64,000 nucleotides of DNA. Origin: Cyanophyceae cyanobacterium. Lineage in GTDB: Bacteria > Cyanobacteriota > Cyanobacteriia > Cyanobacteriales > Laspinemataceae. The position numbers and the translations under genes are program-made. Under the pieces are notes generated by a model. That model saw only the letters and a program-made list of their open reading frames with translations. It searched no databases and had not been told where the DNA came from. This document shows, in pieces, positions 27,543 through 38,773 of the stretch. The stretch covers positions 160,001 to 224,000 of the forward strand of contig JBBQFN010000003.1 of NCBI GenBank assembly GCA_038321985.1. The letters are read 5' to 3'. The stretch's first letter is position 1; each line of letters begins with the position of its first letter.

Positions 27543-28720
27543 CAGGATTTTAAGTGAGACTGCAACCCTTCAACAAGACGCTCACAGTGAGCGTTTTCGT
27601 GAGTTGCCATAACCGTCACCCGAATCCGGCTGGTTGGCACAGTCGGAGGACGTACAGCACCTACTAAAATACCAGCAGCTTTGAGTCCCTCTCCCACGGT
27701 TAAAACTGTTTTAGCATCAGAGACTTGCAAACACAGAATCGGTGACTCTGAGGGCAGTAAACTCGATGCCACTGGAGGTGGACTCTCTGCCAGCAACTGT
27801 TTAAGGTACTTGACATTTTGCCACAATTTAGCCCGTCGTTGCGGTTCTTGGTTCACAATCGCGATCGCCTCTAACCCTGCTGCCGTATCTGCCGGGGAAA
27901 GTCCCGTCGTATAAATCCAAGTCGCGGCACGATTTCGCAGAAAGTCAATTAACTCAGAACTTCCTGCCACATATCCCCCTAAACTCCCTAACGCCTTACT
28001 CAAGGTTCCCATTTGAATCAAACCCCGACCCGTACAGCCAAAATATTCCACCGCACCAGCACCCGTCCCTCCTAACACCCCAGTTCCGTGCGCTTCATCC
28101 ACTAACAGCATACAGCCATAACTTTCAGCTAAGTCTAATACCTGGGGAAGAGGACATAAATCTCCATCCATACTAAATACCGTATCCGTTAGAATTAAGC
28201 AGCGCCGATAGCGATTTCGGTGAGCATCTAAAAGTGTTTTTAACCCTTCTACATCCCCATGTTGGTATTCTAAAATTGTTGCCCCACTGAGAATCGCTCC
28301 ATTTTTCAGACTAGAATGATTGTATTGGTCCGAGAGAATTAAATCCCGCTTCCCTACCAAAGAAGCAACTGCCCCCAAATTCGCTAAATAACCCGAACTA
28401 AATACAATTGCATCTTCGGTTTTTTTCAAAGAGGAAATTGCCCGTTCCAACTCCCGATGAATCGGTCGATGTCCGGTAATCAAACGCGAACCCGTCGCCC
28501 CAGTCCCATAAATTCCAGTCGCTTCAATCGCCGCTGCAATCAGACGACTGTCCCCCGCCAAGCCCAGATAATCATTGCTGGCAAAATTGATAAATTCTTG
28601 CCCATTCATTTGTACCACTGCACCCGGGCAACCCATGATTTCTTGCACCGAACGATACCAATTTGCCCGGTGAATAGTGCTTAAAGATTCTCCTATCCAA
28701 GCATAAGGATTCGTTGCCAT
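27542..28720 (-). CDS. bioF: 8-amino-7-oxononanoate synthase; start at ATG 28720
   Basis: [39 protein letters not shown]. Confidence 0.93.
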   Translation of the reverse strand: MATNPYAWIGESLSTIHRANWYRSVQEIMGCPGAVVQMNGQEFINFASNDYLGLAGDSRLIAAAIEATGIYGTGATGSRLITGHRPIHRELERAISSLKKTEDAIVFSSGYLANLGAVASLVGKRDLILSDQYNHSSLKNGAILSGATILEYQHGDVEGLKTLLDAHRNRYRRCLILTDTVFSMDGDLCPLPQVLDLAESYGCMLLVDEAHGTGVLGGTGAGAVEYFGCTGRGLIQMGTLSKALGSLGGYVAGSSELIDFLRNRAATWIYTTGLSPADTAAGLEAIAIVNQEPQRRAKLWQNVKYLKQLLAESPPPVASSLLPSESPILCLQVSDAKTVLTVGEGLKAAGILVGAVRPPTVPTSRIRVTVMATHENAHCERLVEGLQSHLKS

Positions 28721-28767
28721 TGTTGATAAAATAGAGGTAAAATAAACCCAGGTCCATGCATGGCGGG

Positions 28768-28789
28768 GCCACTGAGCGCAGTCGAAGTG
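28768..28789. repeat. Small dispersed repeat of the CACTTCGACTGCGCTCAGTG type
   Basis: GCCACTGAGCGCAGTCGAAGTG, recognised from memory as a widespread intergenic repeat; single copy in this window. Confidence 0.45.
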
Positions 28790-28900
28790 CGGACTCATTA
28801 AAGGTTGAAATAATAAAATACTCCTTTCTAGACGCTGCCTAGGAATGCTCTAATGGAGGCTTTACCTCCTGTGTAATTCATTCATATTAAATAGAACCCC

Positions 28901-29131
28901 TTAACCTTCCCCCGGTTCATTAGGCGGGGGCTGCTGTTCCTCCTTCCCCGCCTTCCCCCGTTCCGGATAAACTCTATCCACTAACCCCATTTCAAACGCC
29001 ACATCCGGTAACTGTCCCACCGGATAAAGCCCCGGATACAATACACCCGTGCTCGTGAAACAAGGCTGCTTCAGTTCAACAATTTCAGTAGCCGCAAAAA
29101 TATCTCTCGACATTCGACGTTCAATTCCCAT
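28901..29131 (-). CDS. Small hypothetical protein
   Basis: AGGAG RBS before ATG; 76 aa; no domain recognised. Confidence 0.6.
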   Translation of the reverse strand: MGIERRMSRDIFAATEIVELKQPCFTSTGVLYPGLYPVGQLPDVAFEMGLVDRVYPERGKAGKEEQQPPPNEPGEG

Positions 29132-29448
29132 CAATTTTCTCCTAAATTAACAATAACCGGCGAGTTTTAAGCCCACACCTCGGGGTTGGGCGGCGATTAA
29201 CCTGATTGAAGCATTTTCTAAGTAGGCTAGGGTTCCTCTACAACATTATAAATCAGTTTACCAGCCAATTCTAACTTATAGTCTCAAAATCCACCGTGGC
29301 GATCGCTCTTATATATTTCTTTTTTTCTCCTCACTTTATACCTGTCTCAGGGAGAGACTGCTATCCGAGTGAACTTTGTCTGATCGCCGGTCCCCATTAG
29401 AATGTAAATTCCTACTTTATTTTATAACGGGCAACTCTCCCCCTATTT

Positions 29449-29841
29449 TTAGGCTTGAACTGGAGTGATTTCTTCTTTGGGTTCGGGGGTAGCTTTGGCG
29501 ATCGCCTGAAGTAATAAATAATTCAGGACCGTTCTCACTGCAATAATCGCGACTAACCGAGCGATATCATCCCACTGGCTAGAAATCATAGTTTTTAAAA
29601 TTGTCGCACCGATGAGGAAGCTCAATCCTAAAGAAAAGGAATATCCCATCACTAACCGGCTGCGCTGAAATGCTTCGGTTGTGTGCGGTTTAAACAGAGC
29701 ATCTTTGACAAAAATTATTAAAGCCCGGGTCACCCCGAGACCAATTACAAATATTGCCAAAAGCTGACATAAACTTGTTAAAATGGTATTACCCGAAGTA
29801 ACGAGGGCTGTAATTCCGGTTTCAATTTCATGTAAGTTCAT
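29449..29841 (-). CDS. DUF1622 membrane protein
   Basis: RL.MG...LGLSFLIGATILKT...WDDI..L..I..VRTVLNY pattern. Confidence 0.85.
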   Translation of the reverse strand: MNLHEIETGITALVTSGNTILTSLCQLLAIFVIGLGVTRALIIFVKDALFKPHTTEAFQRSRLVMGYSFSLGLSFLIGATILKTMISSQWDDIARLVAIIAVRTVLNYLLLQAIAKATPEPKEEITPVQA

Positions 29842-30255
29842 TTCTATTTTTTGATGATTTTAGCTATCTCTTCTACCTTAACTCGATATTGAGCAGGATA
29901 GGTTTTGTCATGCGCACCCCGTGAAATGGGACCTCAGACCTTTATTCTATTCTAATACAAAGGTTAAGTGGTTTTGCCTATCCCTAGAAGAAATGGGAGT
30001 TGGCGATCGCAAATCACTTAGGCTAAGGGGTAGAGCATCACCGACCCTGTTAGGACCCGGGACTAATAGTTTTCTAAGATTTCATCGGAAAAATATATCT
30101 GGAGGTAGTGGAAATCCAATCGGAGACTTGGCTAAAATGATTCTGATTAGTAGGTGGTAGTCTGAGTTCTTAGTTTCTATATCCAATAAAACCCCGGGGA
30201 GTACCTGTGGGAATTTTATCACCTCAAATTTTTAGAAAATTTTGGAGGCCAAATC

Positions 30256-30504
30256 ATGTTAGCTCAACGCATATTAGAACGGGGAAGTCAAGGGGAAGAT
30301 GTTAAAGAGATTCAACAAATTTTATTAAAGATGGGGTATGGTTTAGGCGAAGCGGGGGTTGATGGAAAGTTTGGTCCGGGAACTGAAGCAGCCGTCAAAA
30401 ATTTTCAAGCAGATATCAATCTGCAATATCCTGAAGCGACAGTGATTATTGATGGACAAGTTGATCGCCAAACTTGGTTTTTCTTGAAAAAAAGCCGTTC
30501 CTAA
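30256..30504 (+). CDS. Stand-alone peptidoglycan-binding domain protein
   Basis: LERGSQGEDVKEIQ..L, VDGKFGPGTEAAVKNFQ, DGQVD..TW; GGAGG RBS. Confidence 0.85.
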   Translation: MLAQRILERGSQGEDVKEIQQILLKMGYGLGEAGVDGKFGPGTEAAVKNFQADINLQYPEATVIIDGQVDRQTWFFLKKSRS

Positions 30505-30837
30505 CTCTTAAAATGCCTCCCTAACCGTGGTAAAAAGCTGTTGAACTGCCATTTTTCATCAAGGTAAAAGACAGGAAGACCAAAGAGTCTGAAATCCGAG
30601 CAACTCCCTAGGCAGTCGCCGATCGCCTCGTTTCAGACTCACTTTTTCTCTCACTCCCCCGTAAAATTTCACAATAATTAAATTTATGTTAAAAAAGTGG
30701 CAATTTTAATGAAGTTTAGTTAAGAAACTTAAAATTATTTGTTGTTTTTTGGATAAAGCCGCACAACGCTCCAATTTGTGGTGAATATAGAAAGAGCAAC
30801 GGAACCACTTATGTTTGGGAATCACACTCAAGCGGCT

Positions 30838-32124
30838 ATGAAATTTAAACGTTTATATGGAATGCTTGCTTTTACGGTATTCTTCCTGAGTATCGTTGTG
30901 GGATGTGTCAGGGATGCCAGGAATATCGGTACGCTACAAGTGTGGGCGCACGCCGGTCAAGATGCAGAACGCAACACTCTCCAAGAACAAGTGAATCGGT
31001 TTAATAAGGCTCATGATGATATCACGGTTCAGCTCACTTTTCTACCGGAAGGCTCTTATAACGCCCAAGTCCAAGCGGCAGCTATCTCTGGGGATTTGCC
31101 GGATCTGCTAGAATTTGACGGTCCATTTATCTATAATTATGTCTGGCAGCAAAATCTCAGACCGATTGACGACCTGATTTCTTCACAAGTTCGCATGGAT
31201 TTGCTGCCGTCAATTATCACCCAGGGAACCTATAACGATCGCCTCTATTCTGTCGGAACGTTTGATTCTGGACTCGGGATTTACGCACGCCGTACTGTAC
31301 TAGAAGCAGCAGGAGTTCGCATTCCTCAAGGGAATGCTGACGCTTGGACTACAGACGAATTTGATCGCGCTTTAGCGGTGTTAGCTCAAAATGACCCGGA
31401 CGGCCAGGTTCTTGACCTCAAATTAAACTATTCCGGGGAATGGTTTACTTATGCGTTTATGCCGCTTTTGTATTCAGCCGGAGGTAGTACAATTGATCGC
31501 ACAAGTTACCAGAATGCTTCAGGGTCGATGGATAGTCCCGAATCGGTTGCAGCCATGGAACAGGTACAGTCTTGGATGCAAAAGGGTTACGTTGATCCGA
31601 ATGTAGATGACGCCGCCTTTACCAGCGGACGGGTTGCGCTGTCTTGGGTTGGTCACTGGGTATATCCAAGCTATGCAGAAGCGTTTGGAGATGATTTAAT
31701 AGTGTTACCGCTGCCGAATTTTGGCACCGGGTCAAAAACTGCCCAGGGGTCTTGGAATTGGGGAATTACTCAGAAGAATAACAACCCGGAAGCGGCGATC
31801 GCTTTTTTAGAGTTTTTGTTACAACGGGATGAAGTGCTAGCGATGTCGAATGCGAATGGGGCAGTACCCGCCACCCAAAGTGCGATTACACAATCTCCAT
31901 TATACCGTGAAGGAGGGCCGTTACGCCTATTTTCTTCGCAATTGTTAAATAACAAAACCGTTCCCCGTCCGCAAACTCCTGGCTATCCAGTGATTACTTC
32001 GGCGTTTCAAGAAGCATTTAATAACATTCGTAATGGTCTGGAAGTGCAACAAGCCTTAGAACGGGCAGCCACCGAAATCGATCTAGATATTCGTGATAAC
32101 GAAGGGTATCCTAACGTTAGTTAG
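30838..32124 (+). CDS. Sugar ABC transporter substrate-binding lipoprotein
   Basis: Lipobox VVGC after MKFKR; GDLPDLL, GSWNWGI, PRPQTPGY. Confidence 0.9.
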   Translation: MKFKRLYGMLAFTVFFLSIVVGCVRDARNIGTLQVWAHAGQDAERNTLQEQVNRFNKAHDDITVQLTFLPEGSYNAQVQAAAISGDLPDLLEFDGPFIYNYVWQQNLRPIDDLISSQVRMDLLPSIITQGTYNDRLYSVGTFDSGLGIYARRTVLEAAGVRIPQGNADAWTTDEFDRALAVLAQNDPDGQVLDLKLNYSGEWFTYAFMPLLYSAGGSTIDRTSYQNASGSMDSPESVAAMEQVQSWMQKGYVDPNVDDAAFTSGRVALSWVGHWVYPSYAEAFGDDLIVLPLPNFGTGSKTAQGSWNWGITQKNNNPEAAIAFLEFLLQRDEVLAMSNANGAVPATQSAITQSPLYREGGPLRLFSSQLLNNKTVPRPQTPGYPVITSAFQEAFNNIRNGLEVQQALERAATEIDLDIRDNEGYPNVS

Positions 32125-32227
32125 CGACCCCAAAATCCCCTACTATTCCCGAACTCATTCCTAGGGATAACCAAGCGGGTTTCAGAGGCAATTTGGTGAT
32201 TTCAAAGCTCAATTTTAATTTAAACTT

Positions 32228-33136
32228 ATGGCCGATCAAACTACTTTAACCTCTCAAAATGATACGCGCAGTGCCCTAAGCATGGCAGCACCCGCATTGA
32301 TTGGATTATTCCTCTTTGTAGCCTTGCCTTTTACCTTAGCGGCAATTTTATCTTTTACTAATTTACGCCTCGGTTCGCCTTTGCCAACTCGGTTTATTGG
32401 GTTAGAACAATATGCCCGAATTTTTAGCGAACCGTCTTTTCGTCGGGCCTTACTTAATAATGGCATTTTTGCGATTGTAGTCGTACCGTTACAAACTGCG
32501 ATCGCCCTCGGGTTGGCCCTCTTACTCAACCGTCCTCTGCGCGGCATGGCAATTTTTCGGACTTTATTTTTCATGCCGGTAGTTTTTCCGATGGCGTTGG
32601 TTTCCGTCATTTGGATTTTAATTTACGCCCCCGGTGCCAATGGCATGATGAATTCATTTCTCGATTTTATCACCTTTGGATTATGGGACCCGCGAGATTT
32701 TTTACGTGACCCCTATCTGGCACTCCCGGCGATTATGCTGTTATCTATGTGGCAGGGCGTAGGATTTCAAATGGTGATTCTTCTAGCGGGATTACAATCA
32801 ATTCCCACCGATTTATACGAAGCTGCTGCGATTGATGGCAGCAATAAATGGAACCAGTTTGTTCACATCACGTTACCCCAACTGAGAAACACCTTAATTT
32901 TTGTAATGTTGGTGACTTCGATTCTCTCATTTCGCCTGTACGACCAAATCGAAATTATGACCAATGGAGGACCGCTGGATGCCACCACTACAGTGATGTA
33001 TGAAGCCGTTAGCGCAGCCTATGAACAACAAAAAATGGCAAAAGGGGCGGCAATGACTGTGGTCTTTTTCCTGGTTGTACTCGGGATTACTCTAATCCAA
33101 AGAACGTTGATTAAAGAAGAACGGACGATTGATTAA
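32228..33136 (+). CDS. Carbohydrate ABC transporter permease
   Basis: EAA loop LQSIPTDLYEAAAIDG; multiple TM helices. Confidence 0.93.
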   Translation: MADQTTLTSQNDTRSALSMAAPALIGLFLFVALPFTLAAILSFTNLRLGSPLPTRFIGLEQYARIFSEPSFRRALLNNGIFAIVVVPLQTAIALGLALLLNRPLRGMAIFRTLFFMPVVFPMALVSVIWILIYAPGANGMMNSFLDFITFGLWDPRDFLRDPYLALPAIMLLSMWQGVGFQMVILLAGLQSIPTDLYEAAAIDGSNKWNQFVHITLPQLRNTLIFVMLVTSILSFRLYDQIEIMTNGGPLDATTTVMYEAVSAAYEQQKMAKGAAMTVVFFLVVLGITLIQRTLIKEERTID

Positions 33137-33193
33137 TCCATCCTCAGCTAGAATTTTCTGCTCATTTTTAAGGTTATTAATTCAAAAAAATTA

Positions 33194-34117
33194 ATGAAAC
33201 AAATTTCCGGAATTCCCAAAGAAGACCCAAATCTCGGGGCGCGAGTTTCTCATCCACCCGATGCCAAATTGGTAGCACAGCGCCAAACCCAGCAACGGTT
33301 TAGTATCATCATTAGCTACCTGGTTTTGGCGATTTTGGCGCTGCTATTTATTGCGCCAATTTTATTTATGATAGTTGGAAGTTTCAAGCTTGATAATCTA
33401 ATTTTGGTAGAGGCGGGGTCGTTGAAAGCCTTTATCCCCGATCGCCCCTCTTTCCAAAATTATCAGGATGTGTTTAATCGGGTCAATTTTACCCGATTTT
33501 TCTGGAACTCGATTTTCATTACCGGGGCGATCGTGCTGTTGGGTTTAGTCGTCAATTCAATGGCCGCTTATGCTTTTGCCCGATTGCAATGGCGGGGACG
33601 AGATATAATTTTCCCCGTAATTATTGCCCTGATGATTATCCCCTTTGAGGCGATCGCCGTTCCACTCTTTTTTCAAATGACCTGGTTAGGATTACGCAAT
33701 ACTTACACAGCCCAAATCATTCCGTTTATTGCAAATGCTTTTTCCATCTATTTATTCTACACGTTTTTCATCGTTTTGCCCAAAGAATTGGAAGAAGCGG
33801 CCAGGGTAGATGGGGCGGGTCCCGTAAGGACATTTTTTGAAATTATTGTGCCGGTTTCTAAACCCGTTTTTGCATCAGTCGCAATTCTTACTTTTTTAAC
33901 CCAATGGGGTTCTTTCCTTTGGCCCACGATGATTGCAGTGGGAGAAAGAGTCCGTCCCTTACCCGTGGCGATCGCCCAATTTCAAACCTTACCTCCCATT
34001 CAATGGGGAGATATTATGGCCTTTGGGGTAATGATGGTTGCCCCCATGTTGGTGATTTTCTTAATCTTCCAAAAGTGGTTTGTTCAAGGAGTTGCTTCCT
34101 CGGGTATCAAGGGATAA
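33194..34117 (+). CDS. Carbohydrate ABC transporter permease
   Basis: LPKELEEAARVDGA, AAYAFAR. Confidence 0.93.
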   Translation: MKQISGIPKEDPNLGARVSHPPDAKLVAQRQTQQRFSIIISYLVLAILALLFIAPILFMIVGSFKLDNLILVEAGSLKAFIPDRPSFQNYQDVFNRVNFTRFFWNSIFITGAIVLLGLVVNSMAAYAFARLQWRGRDIIFPVIIALMIIPFEAIAVPLFFQMTWLGLRNTYTAQIIPFIANAFSIYLFYTFFIVLPKELEEAARVDGAGPVRTFFEIIVPVSKPVFASVAILTFLTQWGSFLWPTMIAVGERVRPLPVAIAQFQTLPPIQWGDIMAFGVMMVAPMLVIFLIFQKWFVQGVASSGIKG

Positions 34118-34209
34118 GAATAAGAATCCCGCATCCCCTCAGTCCCTAGCGAGTTTACTCCTCGTATTCCTTCAATTATTTCTGTTTAAACCATTTACAA
34201 ATTAAAACC

Positions 34210-35385
34210 ATGGCAAAAGTAGAGTTTGAACACATTTACAAAGTTTATGAAAATGGCTTTACGGCCATGAAAGACCTATGCTTGACGATTGAAGATGGCG
34301 AATTTATGGTATTTGTGGGACCTTCAGGTTGTGGCAAATCGACCGCCCTGCGGATGTTGGCAGGGTTGGAAGATATTAGCGCTGGAAAATTAATCATCGG
34401 CAACACTGTAGTGAATAATAAAAGCCCGCAAGACCGAAATATTGCCATGGTTTTTCAGAATTATGCTCTGTATCCGCACATGACAGTCCGGCAAAATATG
34501 GAATTTCCCCTGCGAATGATGAAAGTGCCTAAAGGGGAACGACAACAGCGGGTAGCGGAGGCGGCTGAAAAGTTGGGATTGACTCATTTGTTAGATAATA
34601 AACCCAAACAAATGTCGGGAGGACAACGGCAACGGGTAGCCATGGGACGGGCAATTGTGCGCGATCCGGCAGTATTTTTGATGGATGAACCCCTCTCGAA
34701 TTTGGATGCAAAAATGCGCGTGCAAATCCGGACAGAAATTGCCGATTTACAGCGCAAAATGGGAACAACCACCGTGTATGTAACCCATGATCAAGTCGAA
34801 GCAATGACAATGGGGGATCGCGTGGCAGTCATGCGATCGGGAGAACTCCAGCAAGTTGCACCGCCTCAAGACTTATACGATCGCCCCAGGAATGTATTTG
34901 TAGCAGGATTTATGGGGTCTCCGGCGATGAATATTTTTCATAGTGAGTTACGCAAAACCGAAAGCGGTCAATTTGCCATCACCTATGGAACCCAACAATT
35001 GGCGATCGCCCGAGAAACTGTGGATCGCTACCCTGAAATTGAGCGCTATATCAATAAACCAATTTTTGCCGGATTACGTCCCGAAGCCTTTTTACTGGCA
35101 GACAGCAATACTCCAGAAAATCAAAGAATTGAGGTAGAGGTTACTACCATTGAATCTCTAGGTCATGAAACCATTGTATATTTCAATTCTCCGATCGCCA
35201 AAATTGAAATTCAAGATAAAGATGACATTTCCAAAGTCTTAGAAAAGCGCCCAGGAGAAAATCAATCCATTGCGATCGCCCGCGTCGGTTCCGCCCAGAA
35301 ACTGCACCCTGCCGACTGCCTCTCCCTCGCCGTCGATACCCGCCAACTCTACCTCTTTGATCGCCACGGAAACGCTCTTCAGTAG
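34210..35385 (+). CDS. Sugar ABC transporter ATP-binding protein (MalK/MsmK-like)
   Basis: GPSGCGKS, MSGGQRQR, LMDEPLSNLD. Confidence 0.95.
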   Translation: MAKVEFEHIYKVYENGFTAMKDLCLTIEDGEFMVFVGPSGCGKSTALRMLAGLEDISAGKLIIGNTVVNNKSPQDRNIAMVFQNYALYPHMTVRQNMEFPLRMMKVPKGERQQRVAEAAEKLGLTHLLDNKPKQMSGGQRQRVAMGRAIVRDPAVFLMDEPLSNLDAKMRVQIRTEIADLQRKMGTTTVYVTHDQVEAMTMGDRVAVMRSGELQQVAPPQDLYDRPRNVFVAGFMGSPAMNIFHSELRKTESGQFAITYGTQQLAIARETVDRYPEIERYINKPIFAGLRPEAFLLADSNTPENQRIEVEVTTIESLGHETIVYFNSPIAKIEIQDKDDISKVLEKRPGENQSIAIARVGSAQKLHPADCLSLAVDTRQLYLFDRHGNALQ

Positions 35386-35395
35386 TGATTTTCTG

Positions 35396-35421
35396 GTAGG
35401 GACAAGGCACCGCCTTGTCCT
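35396..35421 (+). repeat. GTAG-type REP-like palindrome / terminator
   Basis: GTAGGGACAAGGC-ACC-GCCTTGTCCT between convergent genes. Confidence 0.6.
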
Positions 35422-35434
35422 TTCCCATTTCTAA

Positions 35435-37891
35435 CTATTTAAACTCCGTCAACACCCCATAAACGGCCCAAATTGCCATCGCCCGCAGATAATGAGAGGC
35501 GCGAAAGGTTCCTACTGCTGTAATTGCTTCCGGAGTGCGGAACTGTAACCCATTTTCATAGACTTGCTTAATCACGGTTTCGGTCAACTTAAACCCTTCA
35601 TTTTGCATCCCCATTTGTAACAGAAATGCTGCTAGTCCAAAATTAATCCCGGTCCAAACTTCTAACGGATGTGTCGCATTGGGATTTACCGGAGAACCAT
35701 CTAGTAATACCCCATTGGCTGCCCCAAATTCACCGCTATGAAACTTTAAAAAACAAGACTCATAGACAGTTTTTAAGGCTGATTCTGCACATTCTATCGG
35801 CACAATATCTTCTAACCCTAATAACCGGGCATAGAATTGACCGCAAAGCTGATCGGTCATCACCACATCAGAACCGCTTTCACTATCGAGACGATAATAA
35901 GTACCATTCCAGAGTTTTTCCTGATAAATTGGCTGCGATCGCCCTAACCAATCTTGATAGGTACTCAGGGTTTCTTGAACAGTCACTGGATCAAGTAATT
36001 GCGATCGCTTCTGCTCATAAATTGTATCGGTGAAAACGCCAGAATGGGGGGGATTCTTTAAAATTATCTCACCAATGGCGATCGCCGCTTGTAACGCCGC
36101 CATCCACAATCCCCCACAATAAGCACTTACCCCGCGCATCGGCCAATCATCAAAAGTTTGATCCGGTGCACCGCCATTTTCGGGAATCCCATCCCCATCG
36201 TGATCGAACGTCTTTAAATAGGCGATCGCCCGCACCAGCGAGGGCCAACAATCCCACAAAAACTCATAATCATCCCCCCCCGTCAACAGAAAATCCCGAT
36301 ACACCAGCAAGGCAAAATCACAGGGTAAATCCTTCCACAAATTACAATCTTGATAGCTAGTATAATTTGTTTTAGTCCAGGGTCGTTCATTCGGTGCACC
36401 CAAATCGTGAGGTGTCGCATCTGTAATTTTCCGAACCGCTGATGCTTGATTATACCCGATAACCCGGGGTGTATCATCCCCGGTGGGAATTGCTCGCGCA
36501 AACGCCCGCATCACCGATTTTTCCAGTTCCGGCCACAACATTAACAGACCAAACGACCCGTATAATCGCACGTCCAAACTTTCATACCAACGATAATCCA
36601 GACATTCCAAAACCGCCAACTTCCCGCGCGGGTCATCCGCATCCTGGGCTGTCCATAGCGTACCCCCATCAGCCAAGATATACAACTCGTTAAACAAGGC
36701 CATTTTAAACGAGTCCGACAAGTCCGCCCGGTCTAATATGGGTTGTTGCCATGCCATAATATTCTCACGCCACATATCCGAATGCTTCAGTGCAGTGCGA
36801 ATCATCGACCAAGCATTTTTACCATGGCGACCAAAGAAGTCTGTATAACGGCGGTACTCCCACTCCCCTGTTGCAAATTCAGTTACCGGAAAATCCCAGG
36901 CAAGGATAAAGGGTATTTTGCGGGTTTTACCCGGTGGGATGGTAAAGCGAACTGCTAGGGCCACTCCCAGGCGTTCTCCCTGAACCGTAGGGGTTTCATC
37001 GGTGTACTCTAACAAAGAACCATCCCGAGAAAACTGTTCCCAGAGTTCTGTGCCGCTACCTGTCGGGTCCCAGCGCGTGTTATGGAAGGTATCAAAAAAC
37101 GGATTCGTAGAAGTGGCGATCGCCAACTCCCCCTCCCCTTCTTGAGGAACCTCTCCAATGTGTGATCCCGTCATCATGCACCCAATCCGATGGAAGTCTT
37201 CAATATAACGGTTAAAATTGCCTTTACTCTGACCCCATTTTGATTGGTATTCATAAACTGGCGACCCGTCATCTCGCACTTTAACCGTCGGGGATTTGAT
37301 AGCATTGGTAAACCAACCCACAACATTTTCCCAAGTCAGCATGATGCTGAGGGTAATCGGTTCATCGGTCGGATTGTACGCAGTCCATTCAAAAATAGCC
37401 ATCGGATAGCTGCATTCTTGGTATTTTCCCGGCCAAATTGGGGAAAATTGCTCACAAGTGAGTTGTGCTTTAAAAACGTTTTTATAGACGAACCAACTTC
37501 GGGGATATAAAGCGTGATAAGTCCCCGTATTGTCACCGTCATCGGTAGAGGCAGGATACCATTGCCATGCTTTCAGACTGTCATCGGCTGGGGGTTCCGT
37601 ACAAAGTGCGTAAGCATGGCGCTTTCCTGGGGTTTCTTCAAAAACACTAAACTGACAGGAGGGAAGGGATTGGAACGTATGTTCGCCTCCGTCGAGATGC
37701 CAGAGATTGAAGTCCCCACGAGGCGATCGGCCAATACAACCGGCACCAAAGCCCCCGAGGGGCATCCCATGCCAGGGCCCATCATCGAGGTTACTGCCAT
37801 AGCGAACGGTATAGGGTTTTTCCCAACCCAAACCAATCGGACGCTGCCAAGTCTGGAGGGGAATTTGAGGGGGAGAGGATGGATTAGTCAT
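35435..37891 (-). CDS. GH116 glycoside hydrolase (non-lysosomal glucosylceramidase-like)
   Basis: GMPLGGFGAG, LECLDY...SLDV, PHDLG, PDQTFDDW, EVWTG, FRTPEA, YLRAMAIW. Confidence 0.92.
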   Translation of the reverse strand: MTNPSSPPQIPLQTWQRPIGLGWEKPYTVRYGSNLDDGPWHGMPLGGFGAGCIGRSPRGDFNLWHLDGGEHTFQSLPSCQFSVFEETPGKRHAYALCTEPPADDSLKAWQWYPASTDDGDNTGTYHALYPRSWFVYKNVFKAQLTCEQFSPIWPGKYQECSYPMAIFEWTAYNPTDEPITLSIMLTWENVVGWFTNAIKSPTVKVRDDGSPVYEYQSKWGQSKGNFNRYIEDFHRIGCMMTGSHIGEVPQEGEGELAIATSTNPFFDTFHNTRWDPTGSGTELWEQFSRDGSLLEYTDETPTVQGERLGVALAVRFTIPPGKTRKIPFILAWDFPVTEFATGEWEYRRYTDFFGRHGKNAWSMIRTALKHSDMWRENIMAWQQPILDRADLSDSFKMALFNELYILADGGTLWTAQDADDPRGKLAVLECLDYRWYESLDVRLYGSFGLLMLWPELEKSVMRAFARAIPTGDDTPRVIGYNQASAVRKITDATPHDLGAPNERPWTKTNYTSYQDCNLWKDLPCDFALLVYRDFLLTGGDDYEFLWDCWPSLVRAIAYLKTFDHDGDGIPENGGAPDQTFDDWPMRGVSAYCGGLWMAALQAAIAIGEIILKNPPHSGVFTDTIYEQKRSQLLDPVTVQETLSTYQDWLGRSQPIYQEKLWNGTYYRLDSESGSDVVMTDQLCGQFYARLLGLEDIVPIECAESALKTVYESCFLKFHSGEFGAANGVLLDGSPVNPNATHPLEVWTGINFGLAAFLLQMGMQNEGFKLTETVIKQVYENGLQFRTPEAITAVGTFRASHYLRAMAIWAVYGVLTEFK

Positions 37892-37963
37892 GCTTCTACT
37901 TGATTCGACACTCTCGATTAAAGCAGAAGCGCAGACGATGCTACCATCCGGGGCTAACTCCTC

Positions 37964-38773
37964 TTATTCCTCGACTCCTAACTGTTGAATGGCACGGCTG
38001 AGATGTTTCAGATAGGGCTTTACTACCTCGCGATTTTGTTGTTGCAGTTTGACAATTTGGCTTTGCAACTCATCAAGCTGGGTTTGAATCACGGGTTCCT
38101 CCGGGGTCACCGGATTAGCTAAGTCTTGTAACTGAGTTTGAATGTCCGCTAAACTTTGAGCAAGGGTGAGTAATTCGGCTTTGATATTTGCCAGTTCTGG
38201 AGAGGGGGGAATCGGGGGAGATGTTAACTCCTGTCGGAGGGTTTGAACTTCGCGATCGAGGGTTTCTTGAAGTTCACTAAAGCGGGTTTCGGTAACATCT
38301 CGCAGGCGCATCACTCCTCGACGAACGATCGCAAATTCTTGATGAATTTCTTCAGGATTAATCGGATTGGTAGGAGTTGAGAGATCGCGGTCCTGTTGCA
38401 AGGTAGCAGTTGCCTCACTCAGACGCATTAATGTATTTTCCACATCTTGAATCCGTTCCGATCGCGGCAGACTGTGCAAGGTGGTATGTATCGACGTCAC
38501 CACCTGATGCATATCCGCGATCGCCCCTTGATGTTCTGCACGCATTTGCTCCCCAAACCGACTGCGATTCACGCTATTGAGCCATAATGCCAGGGTAATC
38601 GGCGTCGCGGCAAATAAAACCTGTCCCGACAATCCCGCCACCACGGATCCCACAGCCGAACCAATCAGAGACGCCGACTCAGCCAGTTCGAGGCGATCGC
38701 GCTCTCGAATTCGAGACAGAAATGTGGGAAAAGCCCGGGAACGGTTAATATGCTGCATGGCTCTATTAGACAA
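37964..38773 (-). CDS. Membrane-anchored coiled-coil hypothetical protein
   Basis: N-terminal hydrophobic hairpin followed by heptad-rich helices. Confidence 0.75.
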   Translation of the reverse strand: MSNRAMQHINRSRAFPTFLSRIRERDRLELAESASLIGSAVGSVVAGLSGQVLFAATPITLALWLNSVNRSRFGEQMRAEHQGAIADMHQVVTSIHTTLHSLPRSERIQDVENTLMRLSEATATLQQDRDLSTPTNPINPEEIHQEFAIVRRGVMRLRDVTETRFSELQETLDREVQTLRQELTSPPIPPSPELANIKAELLTLAQSLADIQTQLQDLANPVTPEEPVIQTQLDELQSQIVKLQQQNREVVKPYLKHLSRAIQQLGVEE

